A stretch of DNA of 64,000 nucleotides from Camelus dromedarius (GCF_036321535.1 NC_087437.1:112408001-112472000), one strand, 5' to 3'; positions 26,263 through 40,189 are shown, counted from the stretch's first letter. Translations and numbers: made by a program. The notes: generated by a model from the sequence alone, not told the origin.

Positions 26263-26955
26263 GCATGAAAAAGATGAGTTTAAATTAAGTGTAACAGATA
26301 CTGAAATTTGCTTCAAAAATGTAGTAGGGGCAGGGAATGGCTGATGGAACACTAAAAGATTAGACGTGATCTGATTTTTTTTTGAAGCTCAATGATAAGT
26401 GCAGGGGATAAGAAGGGACTCTTTATACTATTGTCTCTATTTTTGTTTATATGTTTGACATTTTCAATAATAAAAAGTTAAAAGAAGAAAAAAAAATGTT
26501 GGGAGGAAAATTAAGCAATAGTTTGTGAACAAATTTCTTCCTCTCACTTCCTGCCTGTCCTGCAGCCAGGGAATGGAGATGGCAACCCTTCCCTAGAGCA
26601 CCTCAGGGCTTCAGTTCTAATGCGGCCTGAGATTGTTACTGCTGTCTACACATCCCGGACTTCGATGAGTCACAACATTAGTTACATCAAATTCTGAGTC
26701 TTTGAGAACCTTAAAGGAATTATACATATTATGTAATTGACTTAAAAATGCTACTGCTTACAAAAATTGTATTATCACAGGTATTCACAGTTCAAAGGAA
26801 TCAGGATTAATTTTCAGGGCATTATGCTGTACACCTGAAATTGATACAACACTGTAAACTGACTATACTTCAATAAAAAAAAAAATATATATATAAAATT
26901 TTTCTTCAGGGCAAAAGATGAGGCATAATGTCACCAACCTGGCTTTTTCACTTAC

Positions 26956-27054
26956 CAATATACCTGCTACCACAGAAGCCACCGCATTTCTTCTTTCACT
27001 CCAATCAATACATTCACATTCTGGCCAACGGAAATTATCTAGGAAGCCTGCCAT
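26956..27054 (-). CDS. TMEM50B: TMEM50B coding exon 1 (exon 2 spans 27095-26956)
   Basis: ATG at 27054; [33 protein letters not shown]; donor TTG|gtaagt; acceptor tgtag|ATTAT at 27096/27095; 99 coding nt. Confidence 0.96.
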
Positions 27055-27306
27055 TTTCACCCCTTAAGCATGGATTTTTCATTAAATACTATAATCTACA
27101 AGTAAAAAGACAAAAAATAATCAATCTAAGGAAATGTTTTTAAGAAGTAAAATACCTTACTCCTTTCATAAAGATTTAAACAAATTTACTTTAGGTCTAA
27201 CTCTACTACACTGAAGAAGAAAAATTCAATACGTCAATGAATGTCTATAGAGATGTACGTAAGACTGTGCTAGGACACAGAGGGAGCTTACTGTTTATTA
27301 AATGAG

Positions 27307-27852
27307 TGTGGTAGTTGTAAAACATGTCTGCAAATTCTTTGACACTTCTCGCATTGAGAGGTGGATCTATGTCTCTCCCTTTGAATTTAGGCCAATAAAA
27401 AAGGCTGGTTGACCAATAAAGCAGAGAAAGTGATGCTATATAACTTTTGCCAGACAACTTCTGAGACTAGATAATAAAAAACAATGCAGCTTATAGCTGG
27501 TTCTCTGGAACACAATACTTGTGTCCTGAGTTGCTTTGTAAAAAATCCAAGGCCACAGTGCTATGAGGAGACCATGTATAGGTGTTTGGGCCCACAGTTT
27601 CAGGTGGGGGCCCAGCCGACAGCCAGCCATCAACTGCCAGATGTGTGAGTAAACACTTCTGGGTGACTGCTGATCCATCTATTAGCATTAACCCCACACT
27701 TCAAGCCTTCCCCAATGAGGTCCCAGATATACAGAATAGAAACCTGTCATGCTGACTATGCACTGCCCAAATTCCTGACCTACAGAAATCATAAGCATAA
27801 TAAAATGGCTATTTAAACTACTACATTTTGGAGTTACTGCAATAGATAACTG
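27307..27852. mobile_element. MaLR LTR (MLT1-like)
   Basis: tgtggtagttgtaaaacatgtctgcaaattctttgacact...gcaatagataactgga. Confidence 0.7.
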
Positions 27853-27989
27853 GAAGGATAAAAATCACATGCATAAAGAACCATAAAAGTACAACATGCT
27901 GTGGAATTTTCCAAATAGTATATTCAGATGTGATGATTCAGGAACATCTTAAATTTCAGAAAGAAAACTATTTGAAAGCACAGAAGAGT

Positions 27990-30900
27990 GCTGAAAAGCA
28001 AGCAGAAACTGGAGGGGATTTGACCCTTGAAAGAGAACACAATGAATAAGATCCACTTTTATACAGCTTTTCCCCAGAAGAATCCCTTAACCTCCAACTC
28101 CCAGCCAAGTGAATCCCTGTGGTGCAGAATAGCTAGAACTTGAGCAAAGTCAGTCTTTTTTGGCTTGAGGTATCAGAGGATGAAGTTCAGGATTAACAAG
28201 AGCAGCTGGAAATTGAAGGAGAAATCTTGGAGAGGTGTAAGTCACAGGAGGGAGCGCCAAACACTTTAATATAAACTCTCTTAAATACCTTACAGATAAC
28301 CCCTTAACAGCACGTGCATAGAGGAGACTCCAAGGACCTCTGCAGGAAAAAAATAGCTAGAAGGCTGAAAGAACTAACCAGATTTCAGGTGATGCCCCCT
28401 GCAAGACATTTTGGAATCTGAGTCCCACCAATGCAGAAATCAGTAAACACCCTGAAGATTTCCAGATGTACTCTATCAAAGTGTAAAGCCAAATCTCCAC
28501 AATTTCAGGGTGATCAGCCAGTGTTTTAACAGCTGTTAGAACAAAAAGTAACACTCTTCAGATGAAGATAACTGAATCCAAAGTGTCTATAACATATCAT
28601 CCACAATATCCACTACAGTTGACCCTCAAACAATACAGGTTTGAACTATGCAGGTCCACTTACATGCGGATTTTTTTCACTAAGTACGTTCTACAGTACT
28701 ACACAATCTACAGTTGGCTGAATCAGAGGATGCAGAACAACAGATATGGAGGATCAACTGTAAAGTTAAACATGAATTTCTGACTGCACAGAGGGTTGGC
28801 ATTCCTAACCCTGTGTTGTTCAAGGGTTGTGTATAGTTAAAAAAAAAATTACTATTCACAGAAAAAAGAAAAATGTGACCCTCAAGGAGAAAAAAAAAAG
28901 TCAATAGAAACAGACCCCAAAATGACTCAGATATTGAAATTAGCAGACAAGGACTTTAAAGTAGCCAGTATAAACACATTTTTAAAGGAACATGGTCAAA
29001 GTAACTGAACTCATAGAGAATCTCAACAGAGAAAAAGAAACAAATTTTTAACATAAATTTTAGAACTCAAAATTATAATATTTGAAATTTAAAATTAACT
29101 AGATGGGTTTACTAGGAGATTAGAGCCACTAGAAGAAAAGGATAGGAAACTTGAAGAAAGATCAAAAGAAATTATCCAATCGAGAGAAGAGGGTTTTTTT
29201 TTTAAACTGGGGGAAGAATGAATAAAGCCTCAACAAACTTAGGAACACTAGTAACTGGTCTAATATATATTTAATTGGATCCCAGAAAAATGAAAAACAA
29301 TTTGAAGAAATAATGGCTGATAATTTACCAAATTTGGTGAAAAATATTAATCTGCAAATCCAGGAAGCTCAGCAAAACTCCAAGGAGGATAGATACAAGG
29401 AAAACATCATAATCAAACTGCTGAAAGCCAGAGATTAAAAAAAAAAAAAAAAAGAAGAAGAACAAGAACAAGAAGCAGCAACTTTAGAGGGAAAAAAATC
29501 AACACATTACATACAGGGGTAGTAGAACAAAATGCATGATAAATGACTTCTCATCAGAAACAATGGAGGCCAGAAGACAGTGGAAGGACAATTTTTGAAG
29601 TACTTTTAAAAACAATCCCAAATTCTATAACCAGTGAATATATTCTTCAAAAGTGAGGGTGATGGCAATTCTACTCTAATCTACCCAAGAGAAATGAAAA
29701 CATATGTCTACCCAAAAACTTGTACACAGATGTTCATAGCAGCAATAATCATAATAACCAAGGAGTATAGCAATCCAACATATATCAATTGACGAATGAA
29801 TAAATAAATGTGGGCTACCATACAATGGAATACAAATTCAGCAATAAAAAGGAACAAAGGACTGATACATGCTACAACATAGATGAACCTCAAAAACATT
29901 ATGCTAAGTGAAAGACAAAAGACCACATATTGTACATTTCATTTATATGAAATGTCCAAATGAGGTAAATTTATAGACATAAAGTAAATAAGAGGTTGTC
30001 TAGTGATGCAATAGGGAATGAGGGCTAACAGGCACAGGGTTCTAAAATTAGACTCTGGTGATTACTGCACAACTCTGCAAATATACTAAAAATTACTGAA
30101 CTGTACACTTAAAACCAGTGAATGTTATACATTTACTGTATCTCAATAAAGCTTTTTTGCCTTTTTTAATTTTTATTTTTTATTGAAATGTAGTTGACTG
30201 ATAATGTCAGTTTCAGGTATACAGTAAAGTGATTCAGTTACACACACACACATATATATATACACATTCTTTTCCATTACAGCAATAAAGCTTTTTTTAA
30301 TTAGGATAAAGTAAAAATATTTTCAGGTAAACCAAAACTAAGATAATTCATCATCAGATTTGCACTAAAAAAATGCTAAAGGAAATTCTTCAGGCTGAAG
30401 GGAAATGACACCAGATTAATCTCAGATCTACTGGAAGGAATGGAGAATACCAGAAATGATCAATATGTGGGTAAATACAGATGACTGTTTTATTTCCTTC
30501 TCTTTATTTAAAAGACAACTATTTACAGCAAAAATTATAACACTGTGTAGGATGTCCACAAAGATAACTTATTTCTAAGTAGTATATCAGTTACATTTTC
30601 AAATAATATGCTTAAATACGGATTTAGGTGAAACACTTCTAAATTTAAAGTAATGAGTCCAGTTGTTAACCTGAAAAGAAGGACAATAAATATACCACAG
30701 AAGGTCCAAACACTAGAAACACAGACTGGGAGACAACATCTGCAAAACAAATACCTGATAAAAGATTCGTACCTACAAGTAGAAGGAACTCCAAAAGATG
30801 AGTAATAAAAAGATAAAATATAAGCAATAAAAAGTGTGCACAAGACCTGAAATGGGCAAAAGACTTAAAAAGACAATGAAAAAAAAAAAAAGCACATGAA

Positions 30901-31560
30901 AAGGTATTCAAAATCATTAGTCATCAGGGAAACACAAATTAAAGAAATATCATCACATATCCACTAGAATAGCTAAAATTAAAAAGACTGTTGGTTGTAG
31001 AACAAGTGGAAATCACATACATTTCTGGTGGCAGTTCTTTACTAAAGTTAAAAAATAAACCTCCCTAGAACCCAGCAATTCCATTCCTAAGTATTTACCA
31101 AGGAAGTAAAAGCACATATTCACACATCAAAAAAGACTTGTACAAGAAAGTTTACGGCAGTTTTATTCATATTAGCTCCAAACTGAAACAACCTAAATGT
31201 TCATCAACAGAAGAATGGATAAGCAAATTATGAGTGAATCACACAATGGAATACTATTCAGCAACAGAAAAGAATGAACTGATACATATAACCATGCAGA
31301 AAAAAGAAAATCTCAAAAACCTGATTTACATGAAAGAAGGCAGACACAAAAGAATATATCCTGTATGATTCCATTTAAATGAAGCTTAAGAGGCAAAACT
31401 AATCTACAGTTCCAGAAATCAGAGCAGTGGTTGCCTGTAGGGGTTGAGGACTAACTACAAGGAAAATTTAGGGGTGATGGAAATGTTCCATACCTTGGTT
31501 GTGATAGTGATAATGCAGGTACATACATTTATCAAAAGTTACTGAAGTGTATACTTAAGA
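27990..31560 (+). mobile_element. Cluster of nested, degenerate LINE-1 fragments
   Basis: ORF1-like (gaagaaataatggctga, ttctcatcagaaacaatggaggccagaagacagtgg) and ORF2/3'-end motifs (gacccagcaattcca, acaatggaatactattcagca). Confidence 0.75.
28616..28832. mobile_element. Tigger-family MITE inserted in L1
   Basis: cagttgaccctcaaacaa...gttgttcaagggtt terminal inverted repeats. Confidence 0.75.
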
Positions 31561-31889
31561 ACTGTGTATTTTACAGTATGTAAACTTTGGCCACAAACAT
31601 TTTTTTAAATGTCATCATTCAGATATGCTTTAGCTGCATTAAAGCCTTACTCAGTATGTACTATAGGCACATTTTATCAAGATATTTCTGCAGATATGGA
31701 GATGAATTGTTATCAAAGATTAAATATTAACTGGTTAAAAGCAAGTTTAGGGAAGGTTGTGAATTTGAGACGTCTGAAGGTTAAAACAAAAATCTTACTC
31801 CCTGTTATAAAATATCTATTTTATAACAGTTCTATAAACTATTCTATAAAAAGTTCTATTTATAAACAGTTCTATAAACAGAAAATATA

Positions 31890-32217
31890 CAGTTGTCCCT
31901 CAGTATCTGCAGGGGATTGGTTCCAGGACCCCCAATGGATACCAAAACATGTGGATCCTCAAGTCCCTTATATAAAATGGCATAGTATTTGCATATAACC
32001 TATGCACATCCTCCCATATACCACAATTATCATCTCTAGATATAGAACTTAAAATACCTAATACAATGTAAATGCTATGTAAATAGTTGCCAGGACTTGG
32101 CAGATTCAAGTTTTGCTTTTTGGAACATTCTGGAATATTTTTTTCCTGAATATTTTCAATCCCAAGTTGGCTGAATCCATGGATGTAGAACCCAAGGATA
32201 CCGAAGGCTGAATGTAC
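31890..32217. mobile_element. Tigger-family MITE (MER2-like)
   Basis: cagttgtccctcagtatctgcaggggattggttccaggaccccc...ggataccgaaggctgaatg flanked by TA. Confidence 0.8.
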
Positions 32218-34345
32218 AGCTATTTCCAAATACTGACTTCTGGAATATCATGGTCTTCTCCCTCCTTGGGCTTCAGCTGATGGGTCAAGGGAAACATCAA
32301 AACAAGTAATACAAATTGTTACTATGAAGAAAAGAAAATGCACGGGATCCTAATAAAAAACAAAAGGGACATCTATTTTAGAATGGTCAGGGAAAGCCTC
32401 TCTGAAGAGGCAACATTTGCTAAAATTTTTAAACACAGTGAAATTTAAAATCTGAATGAAGTTAATTATATTAAGGAGAAGCAAAAGAGGTAGAGCAGGG
32501 ACAGGAACGATTATATACAAAGCCAAGTCCCTTTGATACTAGCAAGGTAGAATGAGCTGGTACCAAAGAGAATCAGGATATAGTAAGTTAGTGGAGGAAG
32601 TGACTTGCAATAAATATAAAGAGAGACAGTTAAGGGCCAGGTTACACTGCAGATTAATGTGGACTTCATAATGGATTTGGAGTTTCACTGAGTTTGTAAT
32701 GGGAAACAAACAGAATAAGGTTAGGATAACAAGAGCAAAGGCACCAAGACAGCCACTACTGGTAAACATTTACGAGGAAAGTGACAGCTAGTATATTAAC
32801 AACTAACATTCTGAACTGAGAAGACTGACTTTCATATGGGTTTTATTATTGATATTTTCCCAAAAAGAAGCATATTTTATCATGACACAGTCTTGATTTA
32901 ATGCAAACCGACAATACAAACACTGATCCCCTGGATTAAAGTGGAAACAAGTACACAATATTTAACATAAGATAACAGGACTTTGGAGACTAAATGAAGG
33001 CAAAGACTACTTAGAGAAAATCTGAATGTTAAAAAATAGAATAAATGTTTAAGTTAAACAGTTTACTTCATGCACACATTTAAAAATCTATTTTTGAAAA
33101 ATATTTAATGGCATGAGAAATAGTAATGACTAATACTAAATGAAAAAAAGCAGGTTATTAAAACTGTATCTATAGCATTATTTCCTTTAAAAAAAAAGAA
33201 TCAACACTGTATATATGTGTGTGTGTGTGTGTGTATATACATATGTACATAAAAAACACATACATATGTAAAAATATTGGAAGGACAAATACCAGTACTT
33301 TCATAATGTTATTATACATATATGTATGTTTGTTTTACTTTGTCTATTTTCAAAATTTGCCACACTGAGCATGAATTACATTTTTTCAAATGCAAAGTTT
33401 TAAAAAGTTATTGTAATTAACACAATGAATTGTTGATATTTAGTGCCTATTGAGAAATCTCTTATATAATGTAACAGATCTGTAACTACTTTTAATAAAC
33501 TTAAAAAAACTTTTTTGAGGTCAAGGAAATTACTGGTATGCTCTCCCACAAAACTGACCCCAGTACCAATTTAAAAAAAACAAACAAACAAGATTACTGA
33601 ACTGAACTAATGGACTCACAAGTCTTATAATACATTAGATAGCAATTATTCCTACTAAGAGAGGCAACTCTTTTTAAAAGGAAATGAATTCTTTTTAGAG
33701 GGCATTTTAAGTGATTCAACTATGAAATTTTCATTTCCAAGCAGTTTAAGAAACCAAAGGACAACTGCAAAAAGCAAGAGGAGAAAACTACACACTTTAA
33801 CATACAAACATAGTCTAAGCAATTTCCATATACATCAAAGTTCCAAATAATACAGCTAATTCAAAATTTTTTCCTTTAATCAAACCTTCATACCAGCTAT
33901 TTGTTCATCTATCCTTTCACTAGTTGTTAAACGCTACTAGTGTTAGGCACTGAGTATACAAAATGATTAAGACAACCAATGTAGGGAACAGTCTAGTGAG
34001 GGACATTGTCAGAACAACAGATAATTGCATTACAAAATGTGCTATAATACACATACACTTGGGACTATAATACAAAAGTGCTTTAACAGAAATACAAAAA
34101 GAGTGTTATAGAACACTACTTGCTGGGAATAGCTGGGGAAAGTCTGATCAAGGATTTGGTGTTTTGAAGCATGAATAGGAGTCTAACAGATGAAAACGAA
34201 GGAATAAAATATGCAGAATTACATAGGCCCACAACAGAACAGGGTAGAGCTTAACGAATTTCAAAGAGTGATAGAGATTAACCTGTTTGGAACAAGATCA
34301 TGAAGGATTCTTCAGCCTACTCAAATCTAACCTCTATCCTCTAAG

Positions 34346-34572
34346 CCAGGGATTAGCAATCTTCTGTAAAGAAGCAGATAGTATATATTTTTGGTTTTGC
34401 AGGCCAAACAATCTGTGTCAACCATTCAACCCTCATATGCCCGCATAGCATAAAAGCCACCATAGACAATATATGAACAAATGAGCATGGCTGTATTCCA
34501 ATAAAATTTAATTTACAAAATAGGTGGCAGGCCAGACTTGGCCCACAGATCATAGTTTACAAGTCCCTGCTC
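34346..34572. mobile_element. hAT-Charlie MITE (MER58A-like)
   Basis: cagggattagcaa...ggctgtattccaataaaatt...tttacaagtccctg. Confidence 0.75.
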
Positions 34573-35365
34573 TAAGTAAGAAACCACCAGAGGCTTGCAA
34601 GCAGAGAAGTGACAAGATCAGCTCCATGATTTAGAAAGGAAATCCTGGTGACAGCAGTGTGGAGGGACTGAAAAAAAAAGTGAAAGGCATCTCTAGACAG
34701 GAAGAGAATAAGAATATAAACTGAGGCCATACTGACACAGGCTAAAGAAAAGATTTTAGTTTGAAAAATATTAAAGTGGTAGCTTTTAGCAAGCAGGGAA
34801 GAGCTAAGAATGATGATGTTTGGGTGCCCAACGGCTGGCGAAACACCACTAACCAAAACAGGGAAGGGAGAATGAGAGAGAAGAGCATGAGCATAATGTA
34901 TTTGATATGACCAAAGGATATGCAGGTGGAAATGTACATAAGACAGATGTACAGAAACCACTGAAAAAGTGGTTTAAGACAGAAATACAGATTAGAAGTT
35001 CACAGTGGTAACTGAAGTCAGGGGGCAGCTCAGGGAGAAAATATGAAAGAGGGCTGAGGACTGATTCAGAGTTCATCTCTGACTCACTTCCTTTCTTCCT
35101 TGACTTACTGTGTGTCAAGCATAATAGCAGACTTGCATATATAATGGTATTTAATTAGCAAAACACTCCTCCAGAGCATGTATGGAATATCTACAGAACA
35201 TCTTCTACAAGCAAGGCACCATGGGCAAAATAAAGATGAATAAAACTTCGCCCTCATCATTAAAGGATTTACAAACTGGCAGAGAAATCATTCAACACTT
35301 AATTAAAATTAAATTACAATTTGTATCATTAAAAAAATCTGTTACAAAAAAAAAATCAGGAGATT

Positions 35366-35440
35366 GGGGTCGGTGGGGAACTCATGCTTAGCATGCACGA
35401 GGTCCTAGGTTCAATCCTCAGTACCTCCATTTAAAGATAA
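35366..35440 (+). mobile_element. Partial vic-1-like SINE
   Basis: catgcttagcatgcacgaggtcctaggttcaatcc; aaaaaatcagga on both flanks. Confidence 0.8.
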
Positions 35441-36419
35441 AAAAAATCAGGACATTAACAAAATTTAAATGTCATTCAAGATACTATGTCTACATAGCCA
35501 GAGCAAAACAAATTGGCTCAAATGAAACAAAAATAAAATCTATACCCTCCCCATTATTACTAGTACTGCTATTAGTTACAGGTGCTTATAGGTTACAAAC
35601 AACTTCATTCCATCCTCAAAAAAACTATTCCTTTGAATACTCACAAATATTCTAAGGCAATTACTATCATTACCTGGTATTACTAAAAAGATTTAGAGAA
35701 CAACTTGCCCAAGGTCACACCGCCAGCAAGGAGGAAAGACAGGATTCCACTGAAGTTCAGATCTGATTGCAAAATCTGTGCTCAAGACCATTACACTGTA
35801 CTGCTGTCATTGGACCAGTTTCACAGTATTTCTCTCATTTTCAGTTTCTTGAGGAGAAACTTACTATCCCACTGCCATGGTGAAGAGAGCAAGAAGAACG
35901 AGATGGAAGAGAAACAGTTCCAGTTTAGAGGAACAGTGTGATCATCTGGAAGAAGAAAGCAGTCCAATGAGGTCCACAATGACGGCGGTGATTACTGTTG
36001 ATTCGTATCTTGCCAAAGGAGTCTGGAGAATATCGTTTTTCTTCTTGGGTTGCTATAAACCTGGTTTCTAGGCACTCACAGTGTGAATATTTAATAGGCC
36101 CTAAAATCCAACACCATGAATTATTCAGAGAGCTAAGTACTTTTGGAAAAGACATTTTACATACTTAATCTCAGGATGCTTATTATTTACTTTCTGACTT
36201 GTAAATCATATATAACAAGGATAAAATTTAACATTAAGTACCATGAATTTTGGTATAAGATTTAAATCTAAAAACCAAAGTAAAGGATAAGGAACACAGA
36301 TTTTTAAAGACACTTTAATTTTACAACTATATAACTTGCCCCAGTAATATCCTTAACAACTTTTAATTATTCAAAATGTGAATCCTCCCCTCTGCTACCT
36401 CCCTATGCAGTTGATTTGC

Positions 36420-37408
36420 AGATTTAAATATCCAGTTTCAGAGCCATACATCCAACTACTTGCTTGACATCCTCAGATGTCAAAATCAACATGTCCAAAT
36501 CCGAATTCATGATCTCCTGCAAATCTGATGCTATTCCAGGTTTCCCTACAATTAATGAATCCACATTCATCCAGTTATACAAGCCAGAAATGCAGGTGTC
36601 ATCCTTGTTACTTCTTTCTGACCTCTCACATCCTATCCATCACCTGATTATGCCTCCTAAATATCTCTCGTCTAACTTCTCTACCTATCCCCTCCACCAC
36701 CGTCACCTGAGTACTGCTCTCTCACCTGTCCCATCACAATAGCCTCCCAGCTGACCTAGCCACATCCACTCCTGCCCCCATCAAAATGTTCTCCACACTG
36801 CAGCTGGAATTATTTTTTTTTAAAGGGCACAAAGCTGGTATCTCCCTTCTGCTTAAAATCTTTCATTGCCTTCCCAATTACTATCTTTAAGATAAAGATA
36901 AAACTGTAATATGGCCTCGTCCTTACTTGCCCCAGCCTGCTCTTAAAACATTTTCTCCTCTTTCTCCAGTGATTCTGGTTTCTCTTTTAGTGCCTTATGT
37001 TTGCTAAATCACCCCATCTAAAACCACACCCCCTCCATCTGATAACTTCCATCCCCAGCTCACCTAGTTAACTCCTGCTCATACTGCCAGATGTCTGCTT
37101 AGTTGTCACTTTTCAACTAAAACATCAGCTTTCCCTTTGTTCATTCAACATTTATTTACAGAGTGCCTGCTACATGCCAGGGACTGCTGTGGACACTTAA
37201 GATACAACAATGAACACATCAAAGGCACTGGTCATGTGAAGCTTTGGGGGATGTGGGGAGGCAGAATAAACATAATTTTTAAAATAAGTTAAGAAGGGAA
37301 AGAAAGAAAAGAAAGAAAGAAAGAAAGAATAGAATAGAAAAGAAAAGAAAAGAAAAGAAAAGAAAAGAAAAGAAAAGAAAAGAAAAGAAAAGAAAAGAAA
37401 AGAAAGAA

Positions 37409-37459
<51 letters not shown>

Positions 37460-38360
37460 GAAGGAAGAAAGAAAGGAAGGAAGAAAGGAAGAAAGAAAGG
37501 AAGGAAGGAAGGAAGGAAGGAAGGAAGAGAAAGGAAGGAAGGAAGGAAGGAAGGAAGGAAGGAAGGGAAAAGAAAAGAAAAGAAAAGAAAAGAAAAGAAA
37601 AGAAAAGAAAAGAAAAGAAAAGAGGGAGGGAGGAAGTAAGTAAGTTAGTTAGTTAGTAATATACCATGTCAGTGCTAAATGCCATAGGGGAAAAACAAAG
37701 CAGAGTAAGGGGCACTGGAAGTACAGGTGATAGCAGGGACAGCTGAAATGTCAGGGTAGGCCCCCTTGAGAAGATGACACCAGCAAAGACTTGAAGGTGG
37801 GGAGAGAGCCCCTGGGCATCTGCCAGAGAGAACAGCAGGGCAAAGGCCCCAGGGCAGCACCAGGTATTCAAGGAGCAACATGGAAGCCAGGGGGGCTGTA
37901 GTGGAGTGGGTGAGAGGGAAAAGTAGGAGAAAACAAGGTCAGAGAGGGGACAGGGGCAAGGAAGAATAATTACAGAGCCTCATGAGCTACTGTAAGAACC
38001 TTAGTTTTTACTGATTAAAATAGGGAGGCCTAAGAGTCTGAGCAGAGTGACTTAATGTTTAAGAGGATCCTTTCGGCTATTGTGCGGAGAACAGACTGCA
38101 GGGCTGAGCGGAAGGAGAGAGGCCAGTTAAAAAGTTGCTGAAATAATCCAAGTGAAAGATGATGCTGATTTCCATGACTAGATCTAAACCCCTTAGCATT
38201 TCATTATTAATTTTATTATCTGCTTAATACCTCTCCCCCTGCGGAGAGTAAGCTCCATAAAGGACAGTTCAAGTCCATTTCTGCTGACTAGTCTTCCCAG
38301 AGCCTAGCACAGTGCCTGGCACACAGAAGGCACCCAAATACCTTTTGAGTGACTGAATCT
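36420..38360. mobile_element. LINE-2 fragments in both orientations, interrupted by a purine microsatellite
   Basis: L2 motifs tcaacatgtccaaa, cattcaacatttattt, cctagcacagtgcctggcac. Confidence 0.65.
37290..37655. repeat. Compound polypurine microsatellite (GAAAA)n/(GAAA)n/(GGAA)n/(GAAAA)n
   Basis: Direct inspection; ~350 bp almost entirely A/G. Confidence 0.97.
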
Positions 38361-38819
38361 AACTATTTTGTCTTTCAAATTCTCAAATGTAATACATGTC
38401 TCATTACCCTGTCTCACACACACACACATAGAGCCTACTTTATAGGTAGGTTTATTTAAACCGATAATTTGTGGATGCTGGTAATATGAAGTATCATTTC
38501 AGTGAGGGAAATAAATCTTGTGACAATATATTCAAACATATTATTCCTTAAAATCATCCTCCTTGCTTTCCCAACTCCATAGTCTGCTAGAATTTTCTAA
38601 AACTCAGATTGGATCATTCCATTCATTCAAAATTCCAACAGCCTATGAGATATAGTCCAAAAGATACAGGGTACTTAGTTTTCCCCTAATATAGCTTTCT
38701 TACTTCCTAATATCCTGACACACTGTATACTCCAGCCACAAAGAAATAAAAGGGACAAGGTAGCCAATACTTATATCTACTGTTATGCAAACTGCCACAT
38801 ACATATACCCACATATATT

Positions 38820-38862
38820 TTTATATATATATATATATAAATATAAATATATATATATATAT
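38820..38862. repeat. (TA)n microsatellite
   Basis: Direct inspection. Confidence 0.9.
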
Positions 38863-40189
38863 CTGTATCTCCTTGGAATGCTCCTTTCACCCCTTTGTCT
38901 ACACACGAACTCCCAACTCAACCTTCAGGACACACATCAGTCAAGTTTGGAAATCACTGAACCAGATTATTTCAAGGGTCCCTTCCATTGCTGAGATTTG
39001 TGAAACGCCATCTTTCCAGTAATGAAGCAGTCTCCAAGAACAATCTGAGCTAGAAACTTCAAAATATTTCATCATTAATTCCATTTATGTCAAAACATAT
39101 AATTAACAAACCAAGTGAAATGTGTAAGCCTTTATTGATCCTGGTTTCCAAAAAAAAATTTTAAGGTAGTCTGGGCCATTTGGGGGAACTGGAATACAGG
39201 TCAGACAGAGAAGATTACATTATTTTCCTAGATGTGATAATGATACAATAGTGGTTATGTAAAGAAAATAACCTTATTAGAAGAAGCATGCTTCCATATT
39301 TAGGGGTTAGGCGTCAATGTCACCAACACACTGTCAAATGGTTAAACAAAGAAAAAAAAAGAATAAAACAAATATGGCAAAATATTAAAATGTTGAATCT
39401 ACTGTTCAATTTTTCTGTATGCTTAAAATTTTTTTGTAAAAAAAGTTGAAAACATAGAAAGGCATACAATCATGAATTGCCACCTAAATGCAGATGCCTG
39501 CTAAACAATCCCAGAGCTCATCCAGCCCCGGCAAAATTCCACTCACTCTCTGAGGTCATCTCTACCTAGGGTTCCCTGCAGGAGCCCTGCTTAGGGAATC
39601 TCTGCATCGTCTGGGATTGCTCAGTAAATGCCCTACTCCCCAGTTCAGAGAAACTGGCTTCAGGGTCACAGCTCTGAACCCACACAGCTGAAAGGGAACC
39701 CACCTGGCAAGCAGTAGAGGGAAGGCAAAGGCCTACAGTAAGGACATTTCTAAAGGCTCAAAGGAAATGGACACCTTGAAGTAACAATTACCCTTTTTCA
39801 GCATTAGCCACCACACACAGGTAGCTGAAAGACTAGGCTGAGTTAGCACTGGCCTGGCCCACTCCTACATTCAGCTTCCTCCCAGCTGTGACTACTTGGC
39901 CAGGCTCGTTTATCCATTCCATTTTTAACAGTATAGTCGCTGACTGATAGGCACTGTTCAAGCTTTAAACCTCCCCAGGCTATTGTCTTCTGGTACGTAA
40001 ACTGGGGGTACGACAGCACGTCCCTCAGTGAGAATTAATAAGAAAAGCAGTGTCCAGCACATGTGATCACTCAATGCTGTCAACCACCACCTACCAAGAA
40101 GATGGTTCACATACATACCACTGCTTTGTAGATGGCACTGTGTTCCTGGCAGTACTGCCATTACTGTTTAATTGAGAAAAACTATTACT

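Noticed and set aside
26863..26955. C-terminal part of the 65-aa ORF
   Set aside because: Read-through into the intron past the gtaagt donor.
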